Shown: in pieces, positions 18,601 to 27,099 of the stretch
Layout of the letters: each line of letters starts with the position of its first letter
How positions within the stretch are numbered: position 1 is the stretch's first letter
Source of the DNA: Candidatus Krumholzibacteriia bacterium
Lineage (GTDB): Bacteria; Krumholzibacteriota; Krumholzibacteriia; LZORAL124-64-63
NCBI GenBank assembly: GCA_024763215.1
Contig: JANTFX010000005.1
Coordinates: forward strand, 4,210 to 68,209
Direction: 5' to 3'
DNA: 64,000 nt
Notes under the pieces: generated by a model
Seen by the model: the letters and a program-made list of their open reading frames with translations, nothing else
Databases searched by the model: none
Told to the model about the DNA's origin: nothing
Program-made: the position numbers and the translations under genes

Positions 18601-19048
18601 GCCCGGAAAGGCCGGCCTTGCCGGCGGCCAGGAAATCCTCGGGGGCAATGGTGCCGCGCTTGAGGTCGAGGGGGGGGAACAGGGTCACGAACGTGCGGTG
18701 CAGGTTGGTCACGTTGTCCGGGCCCAGCTTCTGGCTCGCCCACTGGCGGCAGCGGGCCAGGGCGCCGGGGTTCTCGTCCAGGAAATAACGCAGGGCCACC
18801 CACTGCAGGGCCTGGTTCAAGGTGCGCAGGGCCAACAGGGTCTCCGCGTGAAGCGGCGGCCGCCCGGTGGCCGCTCCGGCGGGGTCGCTGTTGACGGCGG
18901 CGGCGAGCTTGCGGATGGCGTAGGCCGCGGCCGCCGGTTCGGTTTCCGACGGCAGCAGGGAGCCCACGGCATAGCGCTGCCACGCCTGTTCCGACAGGGG
19001 AAAGTCGAACACGAAGTATTTCAACTCAAAGGGGCTGTTGCTGGCCAT
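15686..19048 (-). CDS. GH13 alpha-amylase-family glycoside hydrolase, large multidomain protein (1120 aa)
   Basis: GH13 regions ASDMVPNHMG (I), IIRFDAAMTLAKK (II) and LLAEAFW (III). The internal ATG at 19048 (MASNSPFELKYF...) is chosen because the 1676-aa upstream extension overlaps the plus-strand AtuA gene. Confidence 0.7.
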   Translation of the reverse strand: MASNSPFELKYFVFDFPLSEQAWQRYAVGSLLPSETEPAAAAYAIRKLAAAVNSDPAGAATGRPPLHAETLLALRTLNQALQWVALRYFLDENPGALARCRQWASQKLGPDNVTNLHRTFVTLFPPLDLKRGTIAPEDFLAAGKAGLSGLDLATLEMFLLFLNVTNPAAREAEHLFDDGDLRRRASFLPFVTGLEDYLTEFEPPGSQGSSITHLLREPLLASPDSLAGQLAWIRDHWAHLLPDELLERLQFALDVLKEADVSRGGEPGPPPVLEFPGPEAVDEPEAFSHDAAWMADVVLMAKSVYVWLDQLSRWYRRPIRTLAEIPDQELDKLARWGVNGLWLIGLWERSTASRTIKQWLGNPEAAASAYSLYDYAIAADLGGEDAWRDLSERAGRRGIRLASDMVPNHMGIDSRWVVEHPEYFLQLDHPPYPSYRFTCGNLCTTPGVTVRIEDGYWDKRDAAVVFQRIDDHTGQVRYIYHGNDGTSMPWNDTAQLNFLLPEVREAVIRVILDVARRFPIIRFDAAMTLAKKHYQRLWFPAPGDAGAIPSRAEHGMTKQEFDRVFPVEFWREVVDRVAAEAPDTLLLAEAFWLMEGYFVRTLGMHRVYNSAFMNMLKMEDNQKYRQTLKNVLEFSPGILQRFVNFMNNPDERTAVEQFGRGDKYFGCMVLLVTLPGLPMIGHGQIEGFTEKYGMEYRKAYWDEQIDQDMVARHEREIFPLMRLRRLFSGAEHFALFDFIHDDGWVDENVYAYVNGQGNERALIIFNNAYEATSGRIRLSSAINRGGADQPDLRQMTLAEALNLDCEPDVWYALHDRADGLQYLRNGRELCEHGFHTALRGYQYRAFTAIERLDGDSARWAELAGFLQGGGAPDLHRARLRLELEPELARVRGWMTPEILGALECAASTEGDATGSEAMALMDKLPDSLHRLARRLCDLSGLEIPPELGPGTRRELAALKAALPHSRTLQTVYLARLIAEARKPATGLPPEAADLVGEDAAAALRQWIGHEHAATRAALAARLLAALPSAPEEMATGRIAWMAAVFEAPEAGILLGVNEHEGVTYFNAEQFEEWLLVVSVAALAAKPDIDVVSVLDARGLLLQHAADARYRLPEFLALLKT

Positions 19049-19111
19049 GGGCCGCAGGGTCCTTCCGTCTGGCTTCCTTCCGGGGTTTGCAGCTATTATG
19101 GTTGGGAACCA

Positions 19112-20941
19112 ATGGAATGCAAGTTCACTCTGGGCGAGGAGCACGTTTTGAAGCAGATGATCCGCATCGGCAACGCCGGTGGTTACTGGGGCGACGACCT
19201 GGACGCTTTGCGGCGGCAGCTGACCGGCGGCCGGCTCGACTACATCACCATGGATTTCCTGGCCGAGATCACCATGTCGATCCTGCGCAAGCAGCAGCTG
19301 AAGAACCCCGAGCTGGGCTACGCGCGTGACTTCCTGACCCAGCTCGAGACCTGCCTGCCCCTGATCGTGCAGAAGAAGGTCAAGGTGATCAACAACGCCG
19401 GCGGCATGAACCCCATCGGCCTGGGCCGGCAGATCCGCGCCCTGGCCCGGCGCATGGATCTGGACATCAAGGTGGGGGTGGTCTACGGGGATGATATCAG
19501 CGGGCGTCTGTACGAGCTGACCGCCGCGGGCGAGAAGTTCACCAACATGGAGACCGGCGAGGATTTCACGGACGTGCGCGGCCGGGTCACCTCGGCCAAC
19601 GTCTACCTGGGGGCCGAGCCGGTGGTCGCGGCCCTGGATGCCGGCTGCGACATCGTGGTCACCGGACGGGTGACCGACACGGGCATCACCCTGGCGCCCA
19701 TGATCCACGAGTTCGGCTGGTCCATGACGGACTGGGACAAGATGGCCGCGGGCATCATCGCCGGGCACGTCATCGAATGCGGCGCCCAGGGCAGCGGCGG
19801 CAACATCACCGACTGGCAGGACGTCCCCTCGTTCGATGACATGGGCTACCCCATCATCGAGATGCGCCGCGACGGGGAATTCTTCGTCACCAAGCACAAG
19901 CGCACCGGAGGCCTGATCAACGAGAAGACGGTCAAGGAGCAGCTCGTCTACGAGATGGGGGACCCCGGGCAGTACATCTCGCCCGACGGGGTGGCCTTCT
20001 TCAACACCATCAAGGTGTCCGAGGCGGGCCCGGACCGGGTCAAGGTCAGCGGTGTGCGCGGCGGTCCGGCGCCGACCTCGTTCAAGGTCTCGATGGCCTA
20101 CCAGGACGGCTGGAAGGCCGAGGGAGAGATCCTGATCTGCGGGCCGGACATCGAGGCCAAGGCCGCGGCGGTGGCCGACGCCTTCTGGAGCAGGGTCGGC
20201 CACCAGTTCGAGGACACCGCCACCGCCCTGGTCGGCGCGGGATCCATCTGGCCGGCGCGGCTTTCGCCGTACAGCCCCAACGAGATCTACCTGCGTTTCG
20301 GGGTGCGGGACCATGACCTGGCCAAGGTCCAGGATTTCGCCAAGGCGGTGCCGGCCATGATCCTGGCCGGCCCTTCGGGGATGGCCGTCAGCACCAGGGG
20401 TCGCCCGCGGCCCCAGCAGGTGGTGGCCTACTGGCCGGCCCTGATGCGGCGCGACGGCGTCTCGGCCAAGGTGCTGACCCTGGGCACCGACTGCAGCGAG
20501 GAGTTCCAGGAGATCCACTTCCCTCTGCGCGGCCATGAGGGTGAGCCCGCGCATAACCGTGTCAAGTCCCAGCCTCCGCGCCGCGACTGGCCCCGGGCAA
20601 CGGTGGAGGTCCCTTTGCGCCGGCTGTGCTACGCCCGCAGCGGGGACAAGGGGGACACCTGCAACATAGGCGTGCTGGCTCGCAGCCCCCTGATCTACGA
20701 GTGGATCAAGGGCCATCTGACCGCCGCCAGGGTCAAGCGCTTCTTCGGGGCCAAGGTCTCCGGACCGGTCACACGTTACGAACTTGACAACCTGCAGGGG
20801 CTGAATTTCCTGCTTGCGGGCGCCTTGGGCGGGGGCGGCACCCGCAGCCTGCTGGTCGATCCCCAGGGCAAGACCATGAGCCAGGCCCTGCTCCAGATGA
20901 CCGTCAAAGCCCCGAAGGCGCTGTTGCGGGGGTTGGGCTAA
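19112..20941 (+). CDS. acyclic terpene utilisation AtuA-family protein (DUF1446) with a fused C-terminal DUF4387-like domain
   Basis: N-terminus MECKF...IRIGNAGGYWGDD, the AtuA signature. The C-terminal 100 aa, RLCYARSGDKGDTCNIGV..., resembles the small DUF4387 partner that is usually a separate gene. The ORF 16781..20941 is an upstream extension on the antisense of the GH13 gene. Confidence 0.75.
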   Translation: MECKFTLGEEHVLKQMIRIGNAGGYWGDDLDALRRQLTGGRLDYITMDFLAEITMSILRKQQLKNPELGYARDFLTQLETCLPLIVQKKVKVINNAGGMNPIGLGRQIRALARRMDLDIKVGVVYGDDISGRLYELTAAGEKFTNMETGEDFTDVRGRVTSANVYLGAEPVVAALDAGCDIVVTGRVTDTGITLAPMIHEFGWSMTDWDKMAAGIIAGHVIECGAQGSGGNITDWQDVPSFDDMGYPIIEMRRDGEFFVTKHKRTGGLINEKTVKEQLVYEMGDPGQYISPDGVAFFNTIKVSEAGPDRVKVSGVRGGPAPTSFKVSMAYQDGWKAEGEILICGPDIEAKAAAVADAFWSRVGHQFEDTATALVGAGSIWPARLSPYSPNEIYLRFGVRDHDLAKVQDFAKAVPAMILAGPSGMAVSTRGRPRPQQVVAYWPALMRRDGVSAKVLTLGTDCSEEFQEIHFPLRGHEGEPAHNRVKSQPPRRDWPRATVEVPLRRLCYARSGDKGDTCNIGVLARSPLIYEWIKGHLTAARVKRFFGAKVSGPVTRYELDNLQGLNFLLAGALGGGGTRSLLVDPQGKTMSQALLQMTVKAPKALLRGLG

Positions 20942-20973
20942 GCCGTGTTAATCAAAAAAAAACACAAAACAGC

Positions 20974-21002
20974 TTGATTCTGGTGTATCATTGAGATATA
21001 AG
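20974..21002 (+). promoter_or_regulatory. sigma70-like promoter: TTGATT, 17 nt, TATAAG
   Basis: Lies in the AT-rich intergenic region about 90 nt upstream of the 21089 ATG. GGAGG sits 7 nt before that ATG. Confidence 0.35.
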
Positions 21003-21088
21003 TTGACGGATTCCCATCTCCGGGTTCGCTCACCGGGCAGGGGGATAGTCGTCATGCAACATCAGCTCACGTCTTCAGGAGGTTTACC

Positions 21089-21778
21089 ATGAAGCGCCTT
21101 GCCATTGTTTTCGCCCTCTTGCTGGTCACCCTGGGTGCCCAGTCCGTATTCGCCGTCGCGGCCCCCACCATCTTCGACATCCAGAACGGCATGTACGCCG
21201 AGGGTGACACCCTGACCATCGAGAACGTGACTGTCGTGGCGACGCGCTACAACGGCATCTGGGTCGCCGAGGCCCCCTTCGGCGCCTACAACGGCATCTG
21301 GGTCTACATGGGCTCGACGACCAACGTGCCCGGTGACATCGTGGACGTCACCGGTGTCTACAAGGAATACTACGGCCTGACCGAGTTGAGCAGTGCCACT
21401 GCTACCGTGACCGGTTCCGGCCCCGTGCCCGCACCGACCTACATGAGTGCGGCGTCCCTGGTTGCCGATCCCGAGCCCTGGGAAAGCTGCGCGGTTCAGA
21501 TCTTCAACGGTCTGGGCGTCGTTGAGACCAGTGACGTGCTGGGCCACGGCTACTGGACCTGCCAGGCGTTTGATGGCAGCGTCGTGAATTTTGACGACTA
21601 CTTCTACGATGACACCACGGTGCTGAAGGGCCAGTGCTACAACAACGCCACCGGTATCTGGGAGTACACCTGGGGCGAGTTCCGCATGGAGCCCTTTGTC
21701 GACGGGTTCCCCCTGGTCGATTGCGCAGTTGACAACGATGCCGCCAGCTTCGGCGCGGTCAAGTCGCTGTTCCGGTAA
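21089..21778 (+). CDS. secreted hypothetical protein (229 aa) with a signal peptide and an internal YNGIWV repeat
   Basis: Strong ribosome-binding site GGAGG and signal peptide MKRLAIVFALLLVTLGAQSVFA. A terminator follows the gene. Confidence 0.6.
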   Translation: MKRLAIVFALLLVTLGAQSVFAVAAPTIFDIQNGMYAEGDTLTIENVTVVATRYNGIWVAEAPFGAYNGIWVYMGSTTNVPGDIVDVTGVYKEYYGLTELSSATATVTGSGPVPAPTYMSAASLVADPEPWESCAVQIFNGLGVVETSDVLGHGYWTCQAFDGSVVNFDDYFYDDTTVLKGQCYNNATGIWEYTWGEFRMEPFVDGFPLVDCAVDNDAASFGAVKSLFR

Positions 21779-21799
21779 AACCTGGTTTACCTGCTTTCG

Positions 21800-21827
21800 G
21801 GGCCCGGCCACGTGCCGGGCCCTTTTT
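21800..21827 (+). terminator. rho-independent terminator
   Basis: Stem ggcccggc / gccgggcc, 5-nt loop, then TTTTT. Confidence 0.55.
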
Positions 21828-21918
21828 GGCAATAAACGAGAGGCAGGCGGGGTAGAATTCCTGTTGAGCGCGGCTGCTTTTGCACCGACAATCCCCGGAT
21901 GCGGGACAGCAGGAAGGG

Positions 21919-22599
21919 ATGCCCATGCCGCCTCTCGGCTTTTTCATCGTCTTGGCCGCCATTGCCGCCTTCGGCATCTATTCGTGGCGCAAGGATCAAC
22001 AGCGCAAGCAGGCCCTGCAGGAATGGGCCGCCGGCCGCCGCTGGCGGTATGCAGCCAAGGGCTTGCGTGATTTGCGTACCCGGTTTGCGGGCCTGAAGAT
22101 CCTGGATCGGGGCCACTCCCGCGGCAGCGGCAATGCCATCACCGGCAACCTGGACGGCCATGAGGCCATCTGTCTGGACTACAAGTACGTCACCGGTTCG
22201 GGCAAGAACCGCACGACCCACCGGATCGGCATGGTGATCCTGGACTGCGGGTTCCCCACCATCCCCCTGCTGATCCGCAGGGAGCACGCCTTCGACAAGG
22301 TGGGCGAGTTCCTGGGCGCCGACGACATCGATTTCGAGTCGGGCGAGTTCAGCCGCAAGTTCTACGTCAAGTCCAACGACCGCAAATGGGCCTACGACAT
22401 CATCCACGGCCGGACCATGGATTACCTGATGCAGGCGCCGGCGGTGAGCATCGAGTTCGGCATGGGGGAGATCGCGGTCTACAGAAACGGGTACAACGAC
22501 CCGGCCCGGCACGAGGAGGCCCTCGCGGTCGCCCGCAGGATGCTGGATTTGATTCCCGATTACGTGATCAAGCAGATGAAAGGCGGATCCAAGCCATGA
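21919..22599 (+). CDS. DUF3137-like membrane protein (LemA partner)
   Basis: AGGAAGGG ribosome-binding site before the ATG at 21919. N-terminal transmembrane helix PLGFFIVLAAIAAFGIY. The stop overlaps the LemA start (ATGA). Confidence 0.55.
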   Translation: MPMPPLGFFIVLAAIAAFGIYSWRKDQQRKQALQEWAAGRRWRYAAKGLRDLRTRFAGLKILDRGHSRGSGNAITGNLDGHEAICLDYKYVTGSGKNRTTHRIGMVILDCGFPTIPLLIRREHAFDKVGEFLGADDIDFESGEFSRKFYVKSNDRKWAYDIIHGRTMDYLMQAPAVSIEFGMGEIAVYRNGYNDPARHEEALAVARRMLDLIPDYVIKQMKGGSKP

Positions 22600-23168
22600 T
22601 CCGGATTATCCTGATCCTCGCCCTGGTGATCCTGGGCTGGGCGGCGCTGAACTACAACCTGCTGGTGCGCATCCGGCAGCAGGTCAGCGAGTCGTGGTCC
22701 AACATCGACACCGAGCTCAAGCGCCGCTACGACCTGATCCCCAACCTGGTCGAGGCCGTCAAGGGCTACGCCGCCCATGAGCGCGAAACCCTGGCGGCGG
22801 TCACCGAGGCCCGCGAGAAGGCCCGCAACTCCCATGGTTCGCCGGCCAGCCAGGCGGCCGACGAAAAGCAGCTGGTGGGCAGCGTGCAGAAATTGCTGGC
22901 GGTGGCCGAGGCGTACCCGGATCTTAAGGCCAGCGATAATTTCCTGGCCCTGCAGGAGGAGCTGGCCAACACCGAGGACCGTATCCAGGCCGCCCGCAGG
23001 TTCTACAACGCCAACGTGCGCGATCTGAACACCCGCATCGAGGTCTTCCCCTCGAACATCATCGCCTCGCTGTTCAATTTCCGCCCTGCGGAGTTCTTCG
23101 AGGTCGAGAGCGCCGTGGTACGCAAGGTCGTGGATATCTCTTTCAACCCCGAGGGGGAGGACGCATGA
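22596..23168 (+). CDS. lemA: LemA-family protein
   Basis: N-terminal transmembrane helix, then YNLLVRIRQQV...RRYDLIPNLVE...RRFYNANVRDLNTRIEVFPSN, the canonical LemA sequence. Confidence 0.8.
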   Translation: MIRIILILALVILGWAALNYNLLVRIRQQVSESWSNIDTELKRRYDLIPNLVEAVKGYAAHERETLAAVTEAREKARNSHGSPASQAADEKQLVGSVQKLLAVAEAYPDLKASDNFLALQEELANTEDRIQAARRFYNANVRDLNTRIEVFPSNIIASLFNFRPAEFFEVESAVVRKVVDISFNPEGEDA

Positions 23169-25111
23169 GCGGACGGTTGCCGTTTTTTACCCCGTTTGCC
23201 CGCCGGGCCGAAGAGCTGGTGCTGGATGCGGCGCTGGTCGAAGAAGCCGGTCTGGCCGGATGGGCGGACTCGTTCAAGCTGGGCACAGCCGGCTACCGCG
23301 ACCTGCTTGATCCTGACGACCTGTTCAACCTCCAGGTCCCGTTCAACGCCCTGACCGTGGCGCTGATGCTGGCCGCCAGGGCCCAGCTGGCCGCCGAACA
23401 CGGGCTGGGTTCCCTGCACATCGGGGGCGAGGTCAGGCCCCATACCCAGGAATTCATCGACCTGGCCGCGCGGATCTACGCCGCCAGGGGCATCGAGGTG
23501 CACCTGCGGCCGGCCGATCAGCGGACCACCCCCATCTGGCTGTCGTCCTTCGGGGTGTTCTGCGACGAGCTGGACGGCGGCGAGAATTTCACGGCCAGCC
23601 ACAGCCAGAGCTACAAGGGCGGCTGGAAACCCATGGACGCCAGCGGCGGGCAGCTGTTGGAGATGGCGGATCTGATCGCTGTGCGCGTGCGGGAGCTGGT
23701 GGGGCAGGCGGCGTCCTCGGGGTTGAAGATCGCCCTGGCTTCCGCTGACGACCCCCTGATCCGCCGGGATTTCGATCCGGTGGACGCCTATGTGGATTAC
23801 CTGCAGCAGGTGGTGCCGGCGCCCCTGCTCGCCGAGCTGCCACCTTCCTTCGCCGACGGTTTCCGGGCCGGATTCTGCACCGAAGGGGGCTCCATGGGGC
23901 CGGCCGCCCGGCGGATCTTCGGCGCCCTGGGCATTCCGGTGGCCGAGCAGGAGGGCGTGTTCCTGACCCACGAGCAGGAAAACTCCAGCTACCACGGCAT
24001 CGGCGTGCTCGACGGGGTGAATTACGGCGTGGACCCCGGCAAACCGCAGATCTACAAGCATGTGGGCGCCCAGGAACTGCTGCAGTCCGGTCGTTGCCAT
24101 GTATTCTTCATCTGGGATCCGGACGGCGACCGCTTCAACATGGTGACCACCGCGCCGGCGGTCCTCGCTTCGCGGGCGCAGGAAGCGGGGCTGGAGGTCG
24201 ATGCCCTGGACCGGGAGCGTTGCCTGGTCTTCTTCAAGCCCAACCAGATCTACTTCATGCTGACGGCCCTGAAGATCTCGTCCCTGCAGGAGGCGGGCCA
24301 GCTCGACCGTTACGACTGGATCGTGGCCACGACCTTCCCCACCAGCTTGAGCATCGGGGAGATCGCGCAGAAGACGGGCGGGCTGAAAACCTTCCGGGTG
24401 CCGGTGGGGTTCAAGCATTTCGCCGCCCTGGTCAGGGATCTCGAAGGGCAGATCGCCGCCGGAGCCGACCCCTGCCGGGCCACCGACGTGACCGGGGCGA
24501 CCACCGGGTTCGGACCCCGGCCGCGCCTGCTGATGATGGCCGAGGAGAGCGGGGGGGCGGCCATGGGGCCGGCCGAACCGGTCACCAGCCGCGGCGGCCG
24601 GCGGACCAGCCTGGCGCCCAAGGAGAAGGACGGCATGCAGATCGGGCTGATGGCCCTGTGCCTGGGGGCCCGGCTGCACCGTACCGGGGGCAGTTTCGCC
24701 GCCTACTATCTGGATCTGCTGGAGCGCTACCGGACCCGCTACCGCTTCTACCAGCGGCTGGACGTGACGCTGTTCGATGAATCCCTGCAGGGGGAGGCCA
24801 GGGAGCGGGCTCGCGACCAGGGAAACCGGCGCAAGGAAGCGGTGGTGGCCTGGTTCGCCGCCCTGGAAGACCTGCCCCTGTCCGAGGCGGCCGCGCGGTT
24901 GGCCGCGGCTCTGCCTGCGGATGTGGAGCTGCCCCCGCTGGAGAAGGTCTTCCACGCCGGGGACGGCACCTACATCGAGTTCGAGGGGCAGTGGTTCGAA
25001 CTGCGGGCCTCGGGCACCGACGCGGTGCTGCGCTACTACATGGAAGGCCGCGATCGCAGCACGGTCACGGCCCTCAACGAGGCCTTCACGCGGCTGGCGA
25101 TCGAGGATTGA
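23165..25111 (+). CDS. phosphoglucomutase/phosphomannomutase-family protein (divergent, 648 aa)
   Basis: LGTAGYRD matches the FGTSGLRG phosphate-binding region. TASHSQSYKGGWK matches the TASHNPxxYNGxK phosphoserine loop. The start overlaps the LemA stop (ATGA). Confidence 0.55.
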   Translation: MSGRLPFFTPFARRAEELVLDAALVEEAGLAGWADSFKLGTAGYRDLLDPDDLFNLQVPFNALTVALMLAARAQLAAEHGLGSLHIGGEVRPHTQEFIDLAARIYAARGIEVHLRPADQRTTPIWLSSFGVFCDELDGGENFTASHSQSYKGGWKPMDASGGQLLEMADLIAVRVRELVGQAASSGLKIALASADDPLIRRDFDPVDAYVDYLQQVVPAPLLAELPPSFADGFRAGFCTEGGSMGPAARRIFGALGIPVAEQEGVFLTHEQENSSYHGIGVLDGVNYGVDPGKPQIYKHVGAQELLQSGRCHVFFIWDPDGDRFNMVTTAPAVLASRAQEAGLEVDALDRERCLVFFKPNQIYFMLTALKISSLQEAGQLDRYDWIVATTFPTSLSIGEIAQKTGGLKTFRVPVGFKHFAALVRDLEGQIAAGADPCRATDVTGATTGFGPRPRLLMMAEESGGAAMGPAEPVTSRGGRRTSLAPKEKDGMQIGLMALCLGARLHRTGGSFAAYYLDLLERYRTRYRFYQRLDVTLFDESLQGEARERARDQGNRRKEAVVAWFAALEDLPLSEAAARLAAALPADVELPPLEKVFHAGDGTYIEFEGQWFELRASGTDAVLRYYMEGRDRSTVTALNEAFTRLAIED

Positions 25112-25123
25112 TCCGCGCCGGGG

Positions 25124-27043
25124 TCAGTAGCGGAAGGTGCCGTACATCTCGACGCCCGTGAAGGCCGGCTCGAACTTGCAGACCCCGCCGGAGCAGAGGA
25201 AGCCTTCCTGGCGCTGCCCGAACCAGATGTTGAAGTTGCCGCCGTCGCTGAAGGTATAGGTGACCTGCCCGGCGGGGAACGGGCCTTCCTTCTCGCTGGG
25301 ACCGCGCTGCTCAGGGTACTTGTTGTTGGTTTCCAGCATGGCCACCAGCGCCCAGTGGGGCGGGGTTTCCAGCTCCAGCTTGAACCACTGCACATCGTAG
25401 GCGCCCAGGCTGAAGCCGGGGCCGCCGCCCAGCCGCACGTGCTGTTGCTCGGCCTGCAGGGTCCAGGATACGGCCGGCGACTTGCGCCAGATCAACTCCC
25501 CGACCACCGTCTGCCTGCGGCCCTCGTTCTCCTGGTAGGCGAAGCCGCCGCGCCAGGCCCAGGGCCCGCCGGTGTCCCGCTTGACCTCTCCGTAGGCCAG
25601 ATCATACACGGTGGCCCCGGCCTGGTTCTCCAGGTGGGCGCCGGTGGCGCTCAGGTCCCATGGGCCGGCATGGTAGATCACGTCGAGGTTGTTGCCCTGC
25701 TCGTTGTCCGGGTTGAGGTTGTGGGGGGCGCGGTTCAGCAGGGTCCAGGTCAGCTCACGGGCCAGGGCCGGCGGCCGGTTCAGGGTGGTCTTGCCGTCGG
25801 CGCGGTCCAGGACCGCGAAATGGTCGTAGTCCATGGTCTCCCAGGAGACGGACCAGGGACCGTGGTAGAGGTTCAAATTGCCGTAGAAGGCGTTGCCGTA
25901 GCTCTGGTCGTAGGTGCCGGTGTCGGCCAGGAAGTCGTAGCGGTTCTTCCAGGCGCCCTCGACGTAGAAATCACCGCCGGAAAAATGCCGGCTGGCCCGC
26001 ACCCCGGCGGCCCATTCGCGGTTGACCTTGCCGTCGGGGGCCACGTAGTCATCCGGCCTGAAGGTCAGGCCGGAAACACCCAACCGCAGCAACCCGGGCA
26101 GTTCGTACTGGCCGTCCAGGCCGCGGATGTCCACCTCGCGGGCCAGGGGGGTGCCGGAAAACGCGGTGGCCCGCCAGCGCGGCCCGTGGCCGCTGACGAT
26201 CAGCCCGTCCAACCGGGTATCGATGCGGACGGTGCGATCCTCGTAGGCGTTGAAGATCAAACCGCGTCCGAACAGGCCGTAGAAGTGCCCCGCCCGCACG
26301 TTGAAGTCGCCCCGGTCGAAGCTGACGAAGCGGTGGGCGATCTTGTTCTCGCGGACGCCCTCCTCGCTGGGGGCGCGGCTGTTCAACAGGATCCCGGTGC
26401 GCAGGTTGCCGAAGGTGTAGGCCACGTCCAGCCAGTTCTCGACGATCTCGCGGCGGGTGTCGGTGTCGTAGGAGTATTCGAAGCGGTCCGAGGCGGTGGC
26501 CACGCCGGCTGAGGACGGAGCCCGCACGCTCACCGCGGGGGCGGCGGTCTCCAGCAGGGCCTTGACCCTGGCCGCCAGCTCCAGCTCGTCCCCTTCCTTG
26601 TAGCCGATGTGGCGGTAGACCTCGTTGCCCTGCCGGTCGAAAAGGACCAGGAAGGGGATGCTGCCCACGTGCAGGCGCTCCTGCAGGTCGGCCGCGGTGT
26701 CCATGGCCACAACGACGTGGTCCAGCCCTTCGGCCTGGACGATGGGCAGGACCTTGGCCACGGCCTTGGGACCGTCGGTGTTGACGGCCATCACCGTCAG
26801 CCGCCCCTCATACTGCTCGGCCAGGGCTTCGAGGTGGGGCAGCTCCTTGCGGCAGGGGCGGCACCAGGTGGCCCAGAACGAGATGAGCACGGGGCCTTGC
26901 TGCAGCGAGGCGGCGTACGAGACCCTGCCGCCGTCGGCGGTCGGCAGGGACCAGTCCTGGCCGGCGGCGGCGTTTCGGCCCAGGCCGGACAGGCTCAGCA
27001 GCAGGATCAGGACGGGCAGATGACAGCGACGGTTCCGGGTCAT
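25124..27043 (-). CDS. TlpA-like thioredoxin domain fused to a large C-terminal beta-barrel-like domain, secreted
   Basis: Signal peptide, the WCRPC thioredoxin CxxC motif, then about 480 aa of alternating-pattern beta strands ending ...GTFRY. Start ATG at 27043 (MTRNRR...). Confidence 0.6.
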   Translation of the reverse strand: MTRNRRCHLPVLILLLSLSGLGRNAAAGQDWSLPTADGGRVSYAASLQQGPVLISFWATWCRPCRKELPHLEALAEQYEGRLTVMAVNTDGPKAVAKVLPIVQAEGLDHVVVAMDTAADLQERLHVGSIPFLVLFDRQGNEVYRHIGYKEGDELELAARVKALLETAAPAVSVRAPSSAGVATASDRFEYSYDTDTRREIVENWLDVAYTFGNLRTGILLNSRAPSEEGVRENKIAHRFVSFDRGDFNVRAGHFYGLFGRGLIFNAYEDRTVRIDTRLDGLIVSGHGPRWRATAFSGTPLAREVDIRGLDGQYELPGLLRLGVSGLTFRPDDYVAPDGKVNREWAAGVRASRHFSGGDFYVEGAWKNRYDFLADTGTYDQSYGNAFYGNLNLYHGPWSVSWETMDYDHFAVLDRADGKTTLNRPPALARELTWTLLNRAPHNLNPDNEQGNNLDVIYHAGPWDLSATGAHLENQAGATVYDLAYGEVKRDTGGPWAWRGGFAYQENEGRRQTVVGELIWRKSPAVSWTLQAEQQHVRLGGGPGFSLGAYDVQWFKLELETPPHWALVAMLETNNKYPEQRGPSEKEGPFPAGQVTYTFSDGGNFNIWFGQRQEGFLCSGGVCKFEPAFTGVEMYGTFRY

Positions 27044-27099
27044 GGATGGGAACTTTCGGTTAAGGCTCCGGCCGCGGGGCAAATCCCGCAGCAACGGCG

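Noticed and set aside
15686-20716. 1676-aa minus-strand ORF read as a single giant GH13 protein, and the reciprocal 1386-aa plus-strand ORF 16781..20941
   Set aside because: The two ORFs are mutually antisense. The upstream 556 codons of the minus ORF overlap the well-supported AtuA gene and translate to Arg/Ala/Gly/Pro-rich low-complexity sequence. The internal ATG at 19048 gives a sensible N-terminus. The plus ORF upstream of 19112 is likewise low-complexity. These are high-GC shadow ORFs.
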